Source: Antedon mediterranea (lineage: Eukaryota; Animalia; Echinodermata). Taken from it: a DNA stretch of 64,000 nt. The translations under genes and the position numbers were made by a program. The stretch's first letter is position 1, and each line of letters opens with the position of its first letter. The notes under the pieces were generated by a model that saw only the letters and a program-made list of their open reading frames with translations, was not told the DNA's origin and made no database searches. Where the stretch lies: assembly GCF_964355755.1 (NCBI RefSeq), contig NC_092673.1, positions 15,224,948 to 15,288,947 on the forward strand, read 5' to 3'. This document shows positions 25,576 through 40,424 of the stretch, one piece after another.

Positions 25576-28252
25576 ATGGAAATGGAATCTAGCTTTCCAC
25601 TACCTGATATCGATGATTTTCCAAGCGCACGAGAGGAATCTACTAGTAATTCTTTTTTTTTTTTAAATTCACTTGAACTTAATAATTGCAATTCATTATA
25701 GGTACTATATAAATAAATTAAAGTTGATATAAAACATACACAATCATAAACAATAACATTTTAAGTTCAAGTTACGATAGGGATAGAGGCAATTGCTTTC
25801 TTGTCGGCCTCTTAATCATCATAATTAAAATATTATAGATACGCTATTCATAAAATAACTCACAACATTCTCTTTTACCAATGCTATAAACAAAGCCACT
25901 TTTAACTCTGTAGATTAAACACATTAAAAACAATTAATCTTGTTTATCTTATCCACTCTTATTGGATCACGATTTAATGTTCTTCTTTTAACAGTTGAAT
26001 ACGAAGATTTCGATGGTACCAATCAAGTACGGGCTCATTTATCAATCACCATCATTTCCTGTTGTATCTCTTTTATCGGTAACCCTTTGGTGGTTTTCTG
26101 TGTCTGGAGAACACCACTACTACATGATGTTACATGGTTATGTCAGTGTATTGTGTGTTTTTCTGTTTTACTACACACAATTGCGTTACCATTTTCATAC
26201 CTGTCGCACACCGATCCAATGAACTGGCCTCTGGATGGCATATATTCCTGCCAAGCCGTTCACTTCTTCTCTGATTTTGGCAACGTTTTCATGCGGCTCT
26301 CAATATTAACAGCTTGTGGTATCAGGTAAACTTATTTAATAGACTATTATGATACTCATTTTTCATTAAAAATAAGTATCATATCAATTGGGGATCTCGT
26401 TAATTAACTTCTGTTTGCATTTCATTTTTATTAACTATCAGACATTGTCTGCCTTTTGATGCATTTGTAAATGATATTCTGAAAGTGCGTAGGTTGGTCG
26501 AGACAGATATTACAAAGTGCGACGATTATCACTTGAGCACTTTAGTGGATATGTGCGCTGTATAAATCTTATTATTATTATTATTATCACAAAGTGCGAA
26601 GTAACAGTCATCGCTGGGCCAAGAATCGAGAAATCAAGCGAAGAATCAATCATGTGCACATAATTAACATGATATGAAGACGAAACTAGCTCCTACAAAG
26701 TCATCGCAAATAACTGTTTTTTTGGTGTCTAAAATAGATCATTGATTCGTTCTTTAGGTGGTTGTCCTACTCATCCATAAACAGCATCTGCAGACGTCGT
26801 CCTTTCCTTACTGTCACCGGATCCCTCATTGTCACGCTACTTGTTTCTATTTTATCAAGTTTACCAGCTATTAGATTTGTCGTAAATACCTCTTTTATTG
26901 TTTTTTAAATGTATATACATTGTTACAAATGACGTCACAAAGTTTGCTGAAACAGTTATTGCTCTACTTTTATTGTCATCATGTCATCATCATATTTTGG
27001 TTCAAATTTATAATTGTGGAAATTCACATGTGTGAACAATACGCAATTCATCGTCAGTGACACATTGTTAAAAACTCTTAATCTTTGTAAATGCGCGTTC
27101 GAAATGACAATGTTAATATGCTGCCATTGAGTTCATTTAACTTTTTTTGTATTATAACTATTTCAGTTCCTATATCAAGATGACTATGACAATCAATTTT
27201 GTCTCTTCAATGACGTGCGCTCTAAACAGTACAAAATGTGGTTCACATACCTCCTAATAATGACTTTGATATTGCCGTTAATGATAATGGTTTTATCCAT
27301 CACACTGTTAATGGTTCGTGGGGACAGGCTTTATGCGGAAGAGTACGATCCACGCATGGAGTTCCATAACATCCACGAAGCACAGCAGTATCCTTCCGCC
27401 GATCACATGCAAGCAAGCAACACAAACATCGACCCAACTATGTTGTCATCAACCGTTTTGAAGAACCCCAGTCACAAAAATGCCGCTTGTTATGGAAATG
27501 ACATTAACAATGAACACCAAGTAAGCGTAAGCAATTTAATTTAAAAACAATGCATCAACTTCAATCAATAATTTTAAAACCACTTTCAGAATTACTTGTG
27601 CGCAACTATCTACTATTAGAATGTATGCGCACTTTCCAGTAACTAACACCCTTTATAAACGTCTGATATCCTGTGATATTTTTATTCCAGTGTGAATCAA
27701 CTACGGTTAAAGTCAAGCCTTATGTGATAGAATTTGAAGATTTCAGAACACTCACAATTCGAGATCAGAAAAAGGTAAGCTATCTATGGACAGCCAAACT
27801 AATACAAATTATATTGTATGGATATTAGGCGATAGAAGTAGAAAGAAACTGTTTTTAAGGTTCAATTCAATTCAATTCAAAAAACATTTAATTTTTTAAT
27901 TAATAAATTTAAGTGATTATAGCAATTATTTAACACATTTATTATTTCATTAATTGAATATTTAAATAAATTTAAATATTTGTGCTTTCAGGCAACATTG
28001 ATGCACCTCTTCATGTCAGTATCATTTGCTGTCTGCTTGGCGCCAATTTCTATAATCTGGGCCATCTATCTCGGTTCCGACTTCAACAATAGCAGCCCGG
28101 CGCTCTTCCACAGTTACCGCGTTTCTGGTTTGGTTGCAGCTACATTCCCGATGCATATTCCTATCATTTGTTTTCTGTTTTCCCGCCATCTGCGCCAAAA
28201 TGTGATAGAGCTTTGTAAAATAAGAAAAATATTTATAAAAATAACACGATAA
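25576..28252 (+). CDS. Divergent class A 7TM receptor A, ~407 aa; exons 25576-25645, 25995-26325, 26758-26881, 27167-27520, 27691-27774, 27992-28252
   Basis: In-frame GT-AG model with 7 hydrophobic segments; TM1 GNPLV, ECL1 W and TM3 Cys (SCQAVHFF), ECL2 Cys, TM5 LP, TM6 CLAP; R3.50 in IRW. Confidence 0.8.
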
Positions 28253-30434
28253 ACCATGCACTCTCTATAAAACAACACGATACGTACGTGTACGTTATAC
28301 ATAACTTGCACATCACCTATACATTGGACTGAATATGTATGTTGTATATACTGTAGGCCTATATGTAGAAAATCAAATAGGCCAGTTTTTCTTAGGAATT
28401 TGTCTCTTTTTCATGGCTTGTTCACATTTATGAAAATGTAAGCCCTATAAGCCTGTTTTCCTCTGGGAGAATTCATTTTCATAAATAGAAAAGTTGCATG
28501 TGACGCGAAGAAAAATTACGCAACCAGTCGTGAATGAAAACAAATAAAACTAAAAAGTATATTCTTGAACAATACCACAGTTATAAGATAAACAGGTTAA
28601 TTAAACAATTATTGAAGACACCTGAAGTTTAAAAACACCAATCTTAAGGATTTTTGTGAAATGATTGAAAACATATTGAATATTACTTGATCGCTTCGTG
28701 AATTATTTAGGATTATTGAAGCATTTTAAGCACTTGCTGATGGTAGTGGAGTTTGTATATAACTTCTTTCGATATAAATGTAACGCCATACTATGTTGTG
28801 GCGCCATTACGGTAGATTTTGTGACCTACTTTGTACAAATCCATCGAGGGGATGTAACCTTGACCATGGAACATTATCAATATACTTATTATCTCTTAGG
28901 ATATGTGAAGTAATCCCAGAGAAACAACTTTTAAGATGAAAATAAGACTTTTTCATTTTCCTAAAATTCTACAATTTGTTTTACCACCCTATCAACTTCT
29001 GTGGTCTTTATTGTTTTTACTGCAAAAATATAAGCTTACAATAAATAGTTACTTTTGAACAATTAATGTTGTTTTAATTAAATGAAGTATTATTTATTAA
29101 TAAACAAGCAATGAAAGACTAAGCTTACAGATAGTTTTTTTCTCAAAAGAATGTTTTAAATCAGAATTATTCAATCTGTTCAACAAACACAAATATATTT
29201 ATGGCTCATACACTTATACTAATAATATAAATATCTTTTAACTAAGATAAGTCTATCGATGTTTTCCGCAGCTAGAACGGGTTGAAACATCAAACTGGGA
29301 AACTGTCATGCTTGTTGTTGTACCGTGCTTAATATGTTCGGGTATTATAGTAAATTTTTACACTTCCTGTGCAAATCAACCAATCTCAGAGACTCTGTGG
29401 AATTTTTGAAATGATATGTTCGATTTCTTATGGGATATTTAAATTCTTATAACATCCGGTAGATGATACTTCAAATACAATATCTCTCTGTTTCTTCTAT
29501 TTTACGACAGATTTTGTTTTCTTAAGAGTGTTCCTTTTATGTAAACATAGAACACTTCTGTTAAATTGTCTCGATAAAAATTGCACATAATATGTTAACA
29601 TCTCCTCGTAGCAGAAAAAGAAAGAAAGAAAGTCAAATTATTGGTAAAGTAAAAGGAAAAATATCGGCTGTAAATTATCAGATTAGATTAATATAGTCTA
29701 ACAGTGATTCAATACAATTTTAGATATATAATTTAATCCAAAATAGTATGTTCAGTGGCTTGTTCTATGTTTTATTTCTATTGGAATAATAGTATGTTTC
29801 TCTGGACGTGAGTAAATGTTCATATTCATGTTTGTGGTAAAGAATTTGTTTGCATTTTAAGTTTGTTCACGTGAGATTTTGGAAGAATAACTTCCGGTTT
29901 TGACTTCAAAGGCTCAGCACTTTACTTTAATAAGCAGTGGGATAGATGCGCATGCTCACAGGTCCAGTTGTCCAAAACCCAAGAGGGCAATGGTGTGCAA
30001 ATTAATATTGGAAATAGATCTGTAAATCCCAAAAGAAGTAATGCTAACAGTTTTCTCAGCTTCTTCAGTTGAGGATCGGAAACCACAGAGTGTGTTGTAT
30101 GCTGAATAGCTCACTTCACAAACTATTCGCAATTGTTGTAGAAGCTTCGATCTTTCACGACGTGTTCTTACAATCGTGGATATATATTGCAGCATTGGAT
30201 ACGAAGAAGTAAGTTTTTGAAATTTTTTAAAATTGTAAACATTAATTTAGTAAAGATGAAATTACGGTATACTTTACATGATCTATCTATCTTGACATGT
30301 TTTTGTAATGTACATTGCATGTAATATACATGAGCATTATGCGACAATCTTATAAATACGCAAGGGAAAATGTTAATAGAAATACGTAATATTGATTGAA
30401 ATTAATTTTTTTTATGTCTTTTTAGTTATACAAA

Positions 30435-33400
30435 ATGGGAGAAGATTCGGCGATTTTTTGGAGTTTTGATGTTCCCTCTTATCCTGAAGAATACCCTGAT
30501 GGTAAATACGTTTTTAACCAGTTTTATTTTCTCTTACCCACCTTATTAGTACCAGTCTGGATCCCATCCATTTGTTTGTAGTCTGTCGATCCAGAATTCT
30601 GGCGGTCAATCACTCTGAGAAAATGAGTGTGTCTTGACAATTTACATACTACCACGGTCAATATTTAACTAATTAAATTTGGGATTTTTTTGTATGTGCA
30701 ACAAGTACATTGATCAATGACATAAATATTATTCTGTAGCTTGTAATGGTCATCATTGCGTTGTGTCCTAGAAACAAAGCGTTAGGGTTGATACAGTAAT
30801 CAAATAAGAAAGTTTCTCCAAAAACCTAGCTGCAATATAAAATCATTGTTGTGGCTTTACCTTACATATATTTCTTTTTTGTAGAAGAAAGTGTTGATGA
30901 GATCGACGTACACGCTGAGCCATGGCTTAAGACATACTTAGCAGTAACAATTATTGCGTGCATCACAGGACTACCATTAAATTTTGCAATCCTTTTCATC
31001 ATCATGAAAAAGAAACTGTACAGAGATGTTATATGGTTTTTACAAGGCGTGTTTAGTATTACTCTCATCGTGCGTATTATAATGATACCAATTGAGTACC
31101 ATGCAAGCCGGCACCCCCGTGGATTTGCTTATGAAACTGTCGCTTCGTGTAAGGCGTTTCACTTCTTCGTTGAATTTTCAGGAGCAAGTTCAAACATGAT
31201 GCTCTTGGCATTGCTTTCGGTTAGGTAAAAGTAAATCATTTTGTATACACCAATAATTTATACATCGAGTATATTTCATATGACATCGAGGGCACATTTC
31301 AGCAAACTTGATTTTAAAACATCCGTCTGCTGCGATCAGGAAGTTCTACGAAAATGACAATTGTCCAATTTATTTATATGCTAAGTATATAAATAAATTG
31401 GACAATTATACTCTGTTTTTAAAATTGGTTCCAACAATGATGCAACACAATGATGTACGTGCTACTAGTAGACTAGTATACACTAGAAAATGTTACATAA
31501 AGCTTGTTCGATCGAGTCTGACAACAGAAGTTTGCCATGATGACCCGTCGAAACTTTCCTTGCGTGTAGGCCTACGTAAATATTTCGTTTTCGTTGTTCT
31601 AGTAGGTAAGCGATCTTAAATATTGTCTTTTTATCCTATCAGGCTTATTTCGTTTACACCTCGGCGTCAGTACATTGCAAAGCATCCGATCATTTGTGGT
31701 GTTTTTGTGAGCATGGTCGTCATGTTTATTGCATTCTTTTCGACGGTTCCAATTGTGTCCTATTTGGTAAGTTATAAACAATCGTTATTATTTAAATTGA
31801 AATCCTAGACTGCACTGGAAACTTATGTTTGTAAACTCGAGCAAACTGCAAACTTGGCAAGACACAGATTTAGTGTAGACCATTTTTGTAAATCTGTAAG
31901 AAAAAAAGAAATTATGAGTTTGCAAAACAAGAAATTGGTGAATGGTACTAATACAGACTAGGCTTAACATTAATATTACATTCAAAAAATGAATAAATAA
32001 ATAGTAGTAGTTTTACTATTTGAGACACACTTATAGAAGGCCTTTTATTTCTTTTGTCAAATGTATTTTTGGAAGTATATGTTCTTTATGTAAACACCAA
32101 AACGAACGGTTTAAATTTTCTTTTGTTTCAAACTAAATTAATAAATTTTTTTTCTTAACACAGTATTTCAAATGTTGCAATATTGTTATGAGTTTATTAT
32201 ATTATTTTAAATTTTTTATTTTAATGCGTTCTATCTCAACTTGTTTTTCACGTATTAGAGGAATAAAGCTAAATTTTGTGTAGAAGGCCTATTTATCAAA
32301 TATCATTTGAAGAAATATTTATTTTATTTTTGTTAGGATCTAACTATATTTGATGACGAAAGAATAATGCGGATTTGCCACGTTCATTTTGACAAATACG
32401 ACCCGTATCTCCGATGGAATAAATTCAATGTCAGTTTCTGTATGTTCATGCCGTTCATAATTGGTGTTATCTGTGTAATTATTATGGCAATCAACCAGAC
32501 GAAATTCTATCGTGAATATTGTAAGACATCCGTGTCGTACCTACGCCAGCTCGACAGTGTGGATAATAAGGAAAACGGTTCAACTAAGGTTAGATTACTA
32601 AATAATGTACATCTATTTTGCTCTACATATTGTTAGCCAATTTGCAACTTCTGTGCAATTGGTCACATAGTATATATAGAGGGCGCTTAACTGACAACAA
32701 AAATCTGCATACTAAGCATTTGAAGAGAGCCCTCTATCAGATTTATTTAACTTTTTATGATATTCCATACTTGTTTGACAAGTATAACAATATACATATC
32801 CGCAAACTTGTTTTTGCTTTAATAACTTGTTTTATTTGTTATACATATTATATATATATATATACACAGTATCACTATAATTTTGTATTTACATTATGAC
32901 ATGACAAATTTAAATACATATACAAATTGTTTTGATGTGTTATGTGTTTTTTTTTCTATACTGTTGTCTAATGTTGTTTGTAATTTTGCTTACTGTTCTT
33001 TTTTATTTTGTAAAATGGATGCAGCATTAATTGATGTATGCCACCAATATAAAGGATTCTTATTAATAAATAAATAAAAATTCAGGCCGCAATACCTCAA
33101 AAATGCTTATGGAGATATCCCATGTAATAGGAATTCGCTTTCACACAAACAGATCCAATATTTTTTTTTATATATTTGTTTTTCTTTTAAGGCTAGTGAT
33201 TTTGAGGATGACCGCCCTATGGTTGATGAAATTTACTCTGGGGAGTCTGAACAAGAAGAAAGAAGGGTAACTTATTATTACTGCACATTTTTAAATTTCA
33301 AAATGGCACTTCACGAAAAAACTTTCTGCGCATGCTCATAAGTGTCATGACGTTTGCAGAAATTAATAAAGAAAATGTTTTCCAGAAATATTATATAAGC

Positions 33401-33774
33401 GGATACAATTATTATATTATTATTATTATTTATTATAATAAATGATCAAAGAAGCATGTGCATTTACTAAACATAACTAAACTGATACCTTTGAAAATAT
33501 TATTTTATTACTACTAACAACTGAAATTGAAGTAATTTCTGTATTTTCTTGCTTTCAGATAACGATTCTGCACATAGCATACATGGTTATATACATGGTG
33601 ATCTTGCTGCCCTATGTTATCTCAGTAACGATGGCTGTGCATTACGCAAACGCCTACACATCTGTTCTCCACTGGGCGTTGAAGTATACTCACATCGTAT
33701 CGTTAACTGTCGGAATCATAAACCCACTAGCGGCTTTTTTCATTATTCCAAAGTTACGCGAATTAAAATCTTAA
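30435..33774 (+). CDS. Divergent class A 7TM receptor B, ~357 aa; exons 30435-30501, 30885-31224, 31643-31766, 32337-32588, 33192-33266, 33559-33774
   Basis: Same exon phases as receptor A; TM1 GLPLN, SCKAFHFF, VRL at the DRY position, ECL2 Cys, TM5 FMP, TM6 LLPY, TM7 INPL. Confidence 0.8.
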
Positions 33775-33911
33775 GAACAAGAATCCATCATTCTGATGAC
33801 ACTGTAGACCTAAACATCATATGAGAATCTATTGAGGTTATTTGAAATGTGACTTGCACTATGTAGAATAGAACTGTTTAAAAAAAATATATTGAACTAT
33901 ATAAACTAATT

Positions 33912-34743
33912 GGGACACCTCTATTCAGGGGACACTTATATTTAGGGGACACCTCAATTCAGGGGACACCTCTCTCCAGGGGACACCTCTATTCAGGGGA
34001 CACCCCATTCAGTAGGCCTATCGAAGCTTGGAGTCCCTTTTATAATGTATACTACCTTCCTGTCCTTTGCTATTCATGCTGTACTGAGACAATGTTTTTT
34101 TTACTTGTAAATTTGGTCTCTTAGAGTATTCTCTTAATATGGTATTATAATTCATGTAGGCCTATGATCAGTAAATTAATAGGGCAAACACCTCTCTTCA
34201 GGGGACACCTCTATTCATAGGACACCTCTATTCAGTAGGCCTACCGACGGAGTCCCTATTATAATGTATAATACCTTCCTGTCTTTTGCTGCATGCTGTA
34301 CTGAGATAATGTTTTTTTAAATTAATATAGGCCTATGATCAGTAAATTAATAGGGCAAACACCACTCTGCAAGGGACACCTCTATTCAGGGGACACCTCT
34401 ATTCAGTAGGCCTACCGACGGAGTCCCTTTTATAATATATAATACCTTCCTGTCCTTTGCTGCATGCTGTACTGAGATAATGTTTTTTTAAATTAATATA
34501 GGCCTATGATCAGTAAATTAATAGGGCAAACACCTCTCTGCAAGGGACACCTCTATTCAGGGGACACCTCTATTCAGTAGGCCTACCGACGGAGTCCATT
34601 TTATAATGTATAATACCTTCATGTCCTTTGCTGCATGCTGTACTGAGACAATGTTTTTTTTTCTTGTAAATTCGATCTCCTAGAGTAGTCTCTTAATATG
34701 GTATTATAATTCATGTAGGCCTATGATCAGTAAATTCATAGGG
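33912..34743. repeat. Complex tandem repeat (~170-230-bp units with GGGGACACCTCTATTCA subrepeats)
   Basis: About four units of (GGGACACCTCTATTCA)n-GTAGGCCTACCGACGGAGTCC...GATCAGTAAATTAATAGGG. Confidence 0.85.
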
Positions 34744-36162
34744 AAAAAAGATGTTAATTATAGTATAGCCAGTAATTGACTATTGTATAGCCATTGTCCG
34801 ACACTATAGAACATACGTCATAAATAAAACAATTAATATAATCAAACCAGACTCTCCAATAACGGGAAACTCCGAAACTACATTTTGGGACGTCAGCCAA
34901 GGTATATTCACTGTGTATCACTAATGTGCCTACGTGCCACAGTGTGTACAGTTAACAATTATTGATGTTAGTCTTTTTGAAATGTTTGCTAAAAAAAAAG
35001 AAGAGTACATTTATACTTTTGTATAATGAATGTTATATTGTTAATCAGGATATGGTTATCAATATGTTCGGTTCGTAATTGGCAAACCTCTGATTATACA
35101 ATTTGTATGCACCCATTTTAATTCTAAATTTTCAATATTTAGAATTACTTTATAATTACGTCTCTTTTGTAAATAATTGAAATACATTATAGGCCTATTA
35201 TCGTATAATAAATCTAATATAACACAATCTATGTATATTTTAAATGATTAAGTTTTGAACAAATGTAACCATAAGCTTGTATATGATTGTATAAGAAAGG
35301 TATAAAGTCCCGTATTCATTGTGAACATAAGACAATGAGCCATTATGTGATAGGGTGGCCGCCTTATCCTTCCTATTTTTCATTTACAGCCAAGTGCCTG
35401 GTAAAAACTCACAATATGTAGATGTAAAGTGCTTTAAAGAATTAAAAGTAAAAATTGTTTTAAATCAAAAATTGAAATCTTTATTTGTTCTATATTATAA
35501 AAATGTGTACATGGAAACATTGTTTTTTTTTCGACAGAAATATAATAACACAAACAAAACATTCACTATCATAGATTTGAAAATTACAATTTAAAAAAAA
35601 ACAAGATTTATTAAAACATACCGTAGTGTGTATCAATCCCATATACAAGTTCTATTGATTAATGCAGTGGTACTAACGACATTACCAGATCCAGTCACTG
35701 CTACTATTAAATATCATACAAGTATTGCATTTTACGAGAGGAATAGTACAAATAATGGCATGATGTGAATATAAAAGGTTATATTTCCCCGAGGCGAAGC
35801 CGAGTGGAAATATAATCTTTTATCATTCAATGAAAAATTGATGTTATTTATACCAAGATTCTTAACAGCTAGCATACAACAGAGAGATTGCATGGTATTC
35901 ACACTACCTAAATCTCATAGACTCTTTCTTTCCAGACGTACTTTGGGTCGAGCATGAACCTATAAATTAGTCGAGTTTACAAATTCTCAATTCTGTCAAG
36001 CCTTTGTACTTGGCGTGTGATACTGCTTTCTAATGCTTACGTCCTCTGGAAATATACAAGAAACTTTATTTGTCTTCCTGAAAAACAAAGAAATGTCGGT
36101 TGTCAGAAAATCTGATTGAAAGATACATAAACGGATAAAAACATGACTAAAGTGTAACCTAA

Positions 36163-36321
36163 AGCCGATTTTCCACTAGGCAAATTTGATCACGCGAATC
36201 AAAAGCGTCAGCTTATACGCATGCGTAGAGAGGAATTTGGAAAATGGAGATATGAATACGCATGCGTATAAGCTGACGCTTTTGATTCGCGCGAACAAAT
36301 TCGTCTAGTGGAAAATCGGCT
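36163..36321. mobile_element. PIF/Harbinger-type MITE (near-perfect hairpin)
   Basis: TAA|AGCCGATTTTCCACTAG...CTAGTGGAAAATCGGCT|TAA; TIR about 65 bp. A related end fragment lies at ~48388. Confidence 0.85.
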
Positions 36322-37454
36322 TAAAGACGCGGCCCGAAAAAGTATTATTTAGCGATAATTAAATATTACGTACTATTTCACGCCATGTGACCCACACTCA
36401 TCCAATCAAACGACATGAATTTATTTTGGTGTTATATAATTGGCTGCTCATAGACAAACAAACGAACACACTAGGGGTAATGACATAACTACTTTAAGGT
36501 AATTATTATTATCGCTACATGGCGCTGTTGACATGTTCACTGTCAAGGACACGTACGATGCTAAACTTGCAAAACGTCATATTTTGTTCATAGTGTCATT
36601 TACACAGTACTGAAAGCGTTACGTTTCAATGTCATTCCGAATAAATGAAGACGCGGCCATTAGATAACCCTTCATTATGCTATAAAAATGCATAATAATG
36701 CGATAAAAGATTTAAAAAGTAGGACAAACAGCATAATTTAGCACGTGCGTGTACGTCGCTCAACAAAGAACTCGCATTTTGTCGTTCGTTTTACCGTCTG
36801 GCTGGGGGTTTTCAGTTTGAAGGCCAGACATTGCCAAAAACCATCAACGTTTTTATTATATTTCCTCTGGTATTGTGTTACACTAGTATATTATCAATTA
36901 TTCTGATTATCAGATGAGCTTAAAAAGGTTAGTGTCCTGTGTGGATCTAATATACTATTACTGTTTAATAGGAAAATAAATCGTTCAACCATACAACTGG
37001 ATTTCATCCAAGCATATCGAATGAATTGTTGGATAAGAGCTGGTGTATATCAAAACACGGCAGCGCTTACAACTACTGTACATTAGTTGCATAGAGTTGT
37101 GGGTAAAAACAACCAATAGAAAATATCGGAAACACTCTGATAGGTAAGTCCTATGCTAATGTTGTTGATATTATCCTATTTACATATATCTCATCGTATA
37201 TTGACTCTATATGTTGATCGTGTACAGTATTGATACTGTATTTCTTTCATACTGCGTAGCGTTGTCGTTGTTGCAAGTATTTTAATGCGCCACACATGGC
37301 TCTAGACAAAGAAACGAACATAATATGTAAGTAACATTATGGGTTTCATAGCATTGAAGCAGTAAACAAGATTTTTATTTAGACTCATGCGAGGTGAGAA
37401 GGTTAAGATATAGGCCTATACAGTTAGAGTACCATTTTAACTTTTCAGGAAGAC

Positions 37455-38125
37455 GTTTTACCCAAAACTAAGAAGTACAGTAAGTGTTTTGACAAAAACT
37501 GAGAAGTAATAGCTTTACCCTACTAAAACTACGAAGTCATTGTATTGAGAGAGAGTAATTGTTTTGAACAACACTAAGAAGTAATGTTTTTGCCCCAAAC
37601 TAAGAAATAATAGTTTTGCCTATGCCTAAAACTAAGAAGTAGTTGTTTTTATCCAAAACTAATAAGTAATAGGTAACTGTTTGCCCAAAACTAAAATGTA
37701 ATTGTTTTGAACAAAACTATAAAGAAGTAATTGTTTTTTCTCAAAACTAAGAACTGTTTTAACAAAAACTGAGAAGTAATTGTTTTGCCTAAAATTAAGA
37801 ATTATTTGCCCAAAACTAAGAAGTAGTTTTGCCTAAAACTATAAGAAGTAATTGTTTTGAACAAAACTAATAGGTTGTTTTGACCAAAACTAAGAAGTAA
37901 TTGTTTTGAACAAAACTATAAAGAAGCCATTGTTTTTTCCCAAACTAAGAATTATTTTGCCAAATACTAAGAAGTACGGTAATTGTTTTTTCCCAAAACT
38001 AAGAAGGAATGGTTTTTCCCAGACTAAGACGGTGCTTTGTCCCAAACTAAGAAGTATAATTCAAACTGAAAGTAAAAATATAGTAGATTTTTGGGGGAGA
38101 AAGATGTTTTGCCCAAAACTGAAAA
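37455..38125. repeat. Degenerate ~30-bp minisatellite
   Basis: Many copies of CCAAAACTAAGAAGTAATTGTTTT. Confidence 0.9.
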
Positions 38126-39464
38126 GCAACATTTTCAAATAAAAATGTAATATTTTAACATTGTATTACATATCGCGGCACCGTAGGTTTACGTTTATAT
38201 TCGTATAAAGCGGTGAACGATAGGCCTTATTTACCCGGGAAACTAACTTACGGGAAATAACTAAGCCTGAGTTTAGTTTTTAGCCTGTTTACATATCTTT
38301 CTTTATGAAGCCTGATATATAAAGTGAAGTTTCCAATAAAGGTTAATACTATTAGAAATATTATTTACCTAAAACTAAGAAGTTATGACTGTTGGCTCGC
38401 AATGTATCTCGATATTTCTGGAAAACCATTACTGTAATGGCTTTACAGAGTTAACTGATAATTCAAATTTGAGTTCAATGTGAGTTTGATTAATTTTCAT
38501 CCTTCTTAATACACATTGGTAGTTATTTTCTGTCATTTAAAAGATATATATTTTTGTTTAGTTTTCTGTCGATGCTCTTTTTCTATGTACAATAATATCC
38601 AATCTAATATTGTATTATATTAATTGCAATAACGATTATTTGAATGTGAATACTAGTAAACAAACACAACATCATTTCACAAACAATTGCCCTTCAAATC
38701 AATATTATATCAATAGAAATTATTTAAGTTAAGTAAATCACATTATGTTATTTTGGTTTGTTCTTTTTTGTTTGTACTAATGTTTGATCTGTTTTGTTAG
38801 GGTTACATGCTTAAAGCACTTGTGCTTATTTTGTATCCCGTCCCATTATCATATTATTTGTATTGTATTTGTATATGTTTTTATATTGATTATGGAATAA
38901 AAATGTCGATGATTGATTGAGTGATTGAAACGGGGATTGAAATCATAACGTAAACATCTAAAGTTATAATATTTAATATAATATTTTCTCCAAGGCCGAT
39001 TTGAGACTCTAATATAGTACTCTTTTGTTTCACTTGTGAGTTTTGGTGACTTTTTTTGTAAGGGATGGGGAATATTGTAATTTACCTTTTATTGTCAACA
39101 TAAGAATACCATAACGATTCACACTACGTGACTTCCACGTTGTAAAAAACAGTAACAGAGAAGGGTCTGTAATTTCAACTTACAGTATAATACAAAATTA
39201 TTTCCAAGGATTTCTTACATCTCAAGGGATTAAAATCATTAAGTTCAAACTGGAGCACGTGATAAAATAGAAATCTCAAATTATACTGGTACTATTATAC
39301 TGCACTGTTTAAATAATGTTTGTGATCAATTGATCAAATTGATTGAAATGGAACCGTATGTAAAGCTTGGTTACCACTAGGATTTGGCAAATCACGACGA
39401 GATGGATTACCGGAACTGTCGCTTGTGATTGATAAACTTATTTGCGTTGCGCGTACGACAGTTA

Positions 39465-39643
39465 AGCTTGGTTCCCACTAGAACGTAACGCAAGGACGTA
39501 AACGCAACCCAAGCGTTTTAACCAATGACAAGCGAAGGTATAGACAGTTAGCAATCACAAGCGAATAAGCCATCGCTTGTGATTGGTCAATTCACTTGCG
39601 TTGCGTTACGTCCTTGCGTTGCGTCGCTAGTGGGAACCACGCT
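39465..39643. mobile_element. PIF/Harbinger-type MITE, apparently nested in an older copy of the same family (~39364-39665)
   Basis: TTA|AGCTTGGTTCCCACTAG...CTAGTGGGAACCACGCT|TTA. A sibling lies at 59636-59740. Confidence 0.8.
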
Positions 39644-40245
39644 TTAGCGTCGCGTCCTAGTTTAAGCAGCGGTCGTATACATACCTGCACAAATTTCAAT
39701 TAATTCACTACCATCGTGTATAAAACTATTTTATACATGTGCTCATCCTTGTAACTGATTACCTTTTAAAATTAAATATCGTAACTACTAAGCCTGGAGG
39801 AGGGGGTTATATTAACCAAGTACCCTTACTATACTATTAAATCTCAAAATGTACACCCTACAGTCATATGTTCTAATTATATAGGCCGTTGTTATATATC
39901 TTATTTCCGGTTTCAATATATTCTATGTGATTTATTTAATTTAATTATGGAGGGAGGATTATTCCACTCTCTCATGCCGTATCCATTAATACGTATTCAA
40001 TTTACAGCATATAACCTGTAAGATTGCCAAGCTATTTTTAGTAGGCCCTAAAGTTTGCATTTAAGAAACTACTGCTACGGGTATACTATAATGTTTTTAT
40101 TAATTCCTTATTCAATCCAGGGAAGTGATTTTACCTTGACGTTACTATGAAATGTAACAACCAACCCTTTATCTATTAAAACAATGCTTTCATTGTCGCG
40201 AGTTCTGGCTTTACTTACCAGGCAGAGGAAACCATGCGCACAATG

Positions 40246-40424
40246 GTCACACATCGCGTGCACCGACGTAGCCACGTCTCGTCACACATCGCGTGCACCG
40301 ACGTAGCTACGTCTCGTCACACATCGCGTGCACCGACGTAGCCACGTCTCGTCACACATCGCGTGCACCGACGTAGCCACGTCTCGTCACATATCGCGTG
40401 CACCGACGTAGCTCCGTCTCGTCA
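40246..40424. repeat. 35-bp CpG-rich tandem repeat, five copies
   Basis: GTCACACATCGCGTGCACCGACGTAGCCACGTCTC at 40246, 40281, 40316, 40351 and 40386, with no spacers. Confidence 0.95.

Noticed and set aside
31597-31611. CTAG-TAG-GTAAGC as a 3-nt microexon or recursive site in receptor B intron 2
   Set aside because: It would leave a downstream intron of only ~37 nt, which is implausibly short.
35750-36440. Possible Crypton-like non-autonomous element (GAGGCGAAGCCGAG motif) around the 36163 MITE
   Set aside because: Boundaries could not be defined by eye; a motif resemblance alone is insufficient.
40246-40424. 35-bp repeats resembling a CRISPR array
   Set aside because: Head-to-tail with no unique spacers, no cas genes, and a eukaryotic context.
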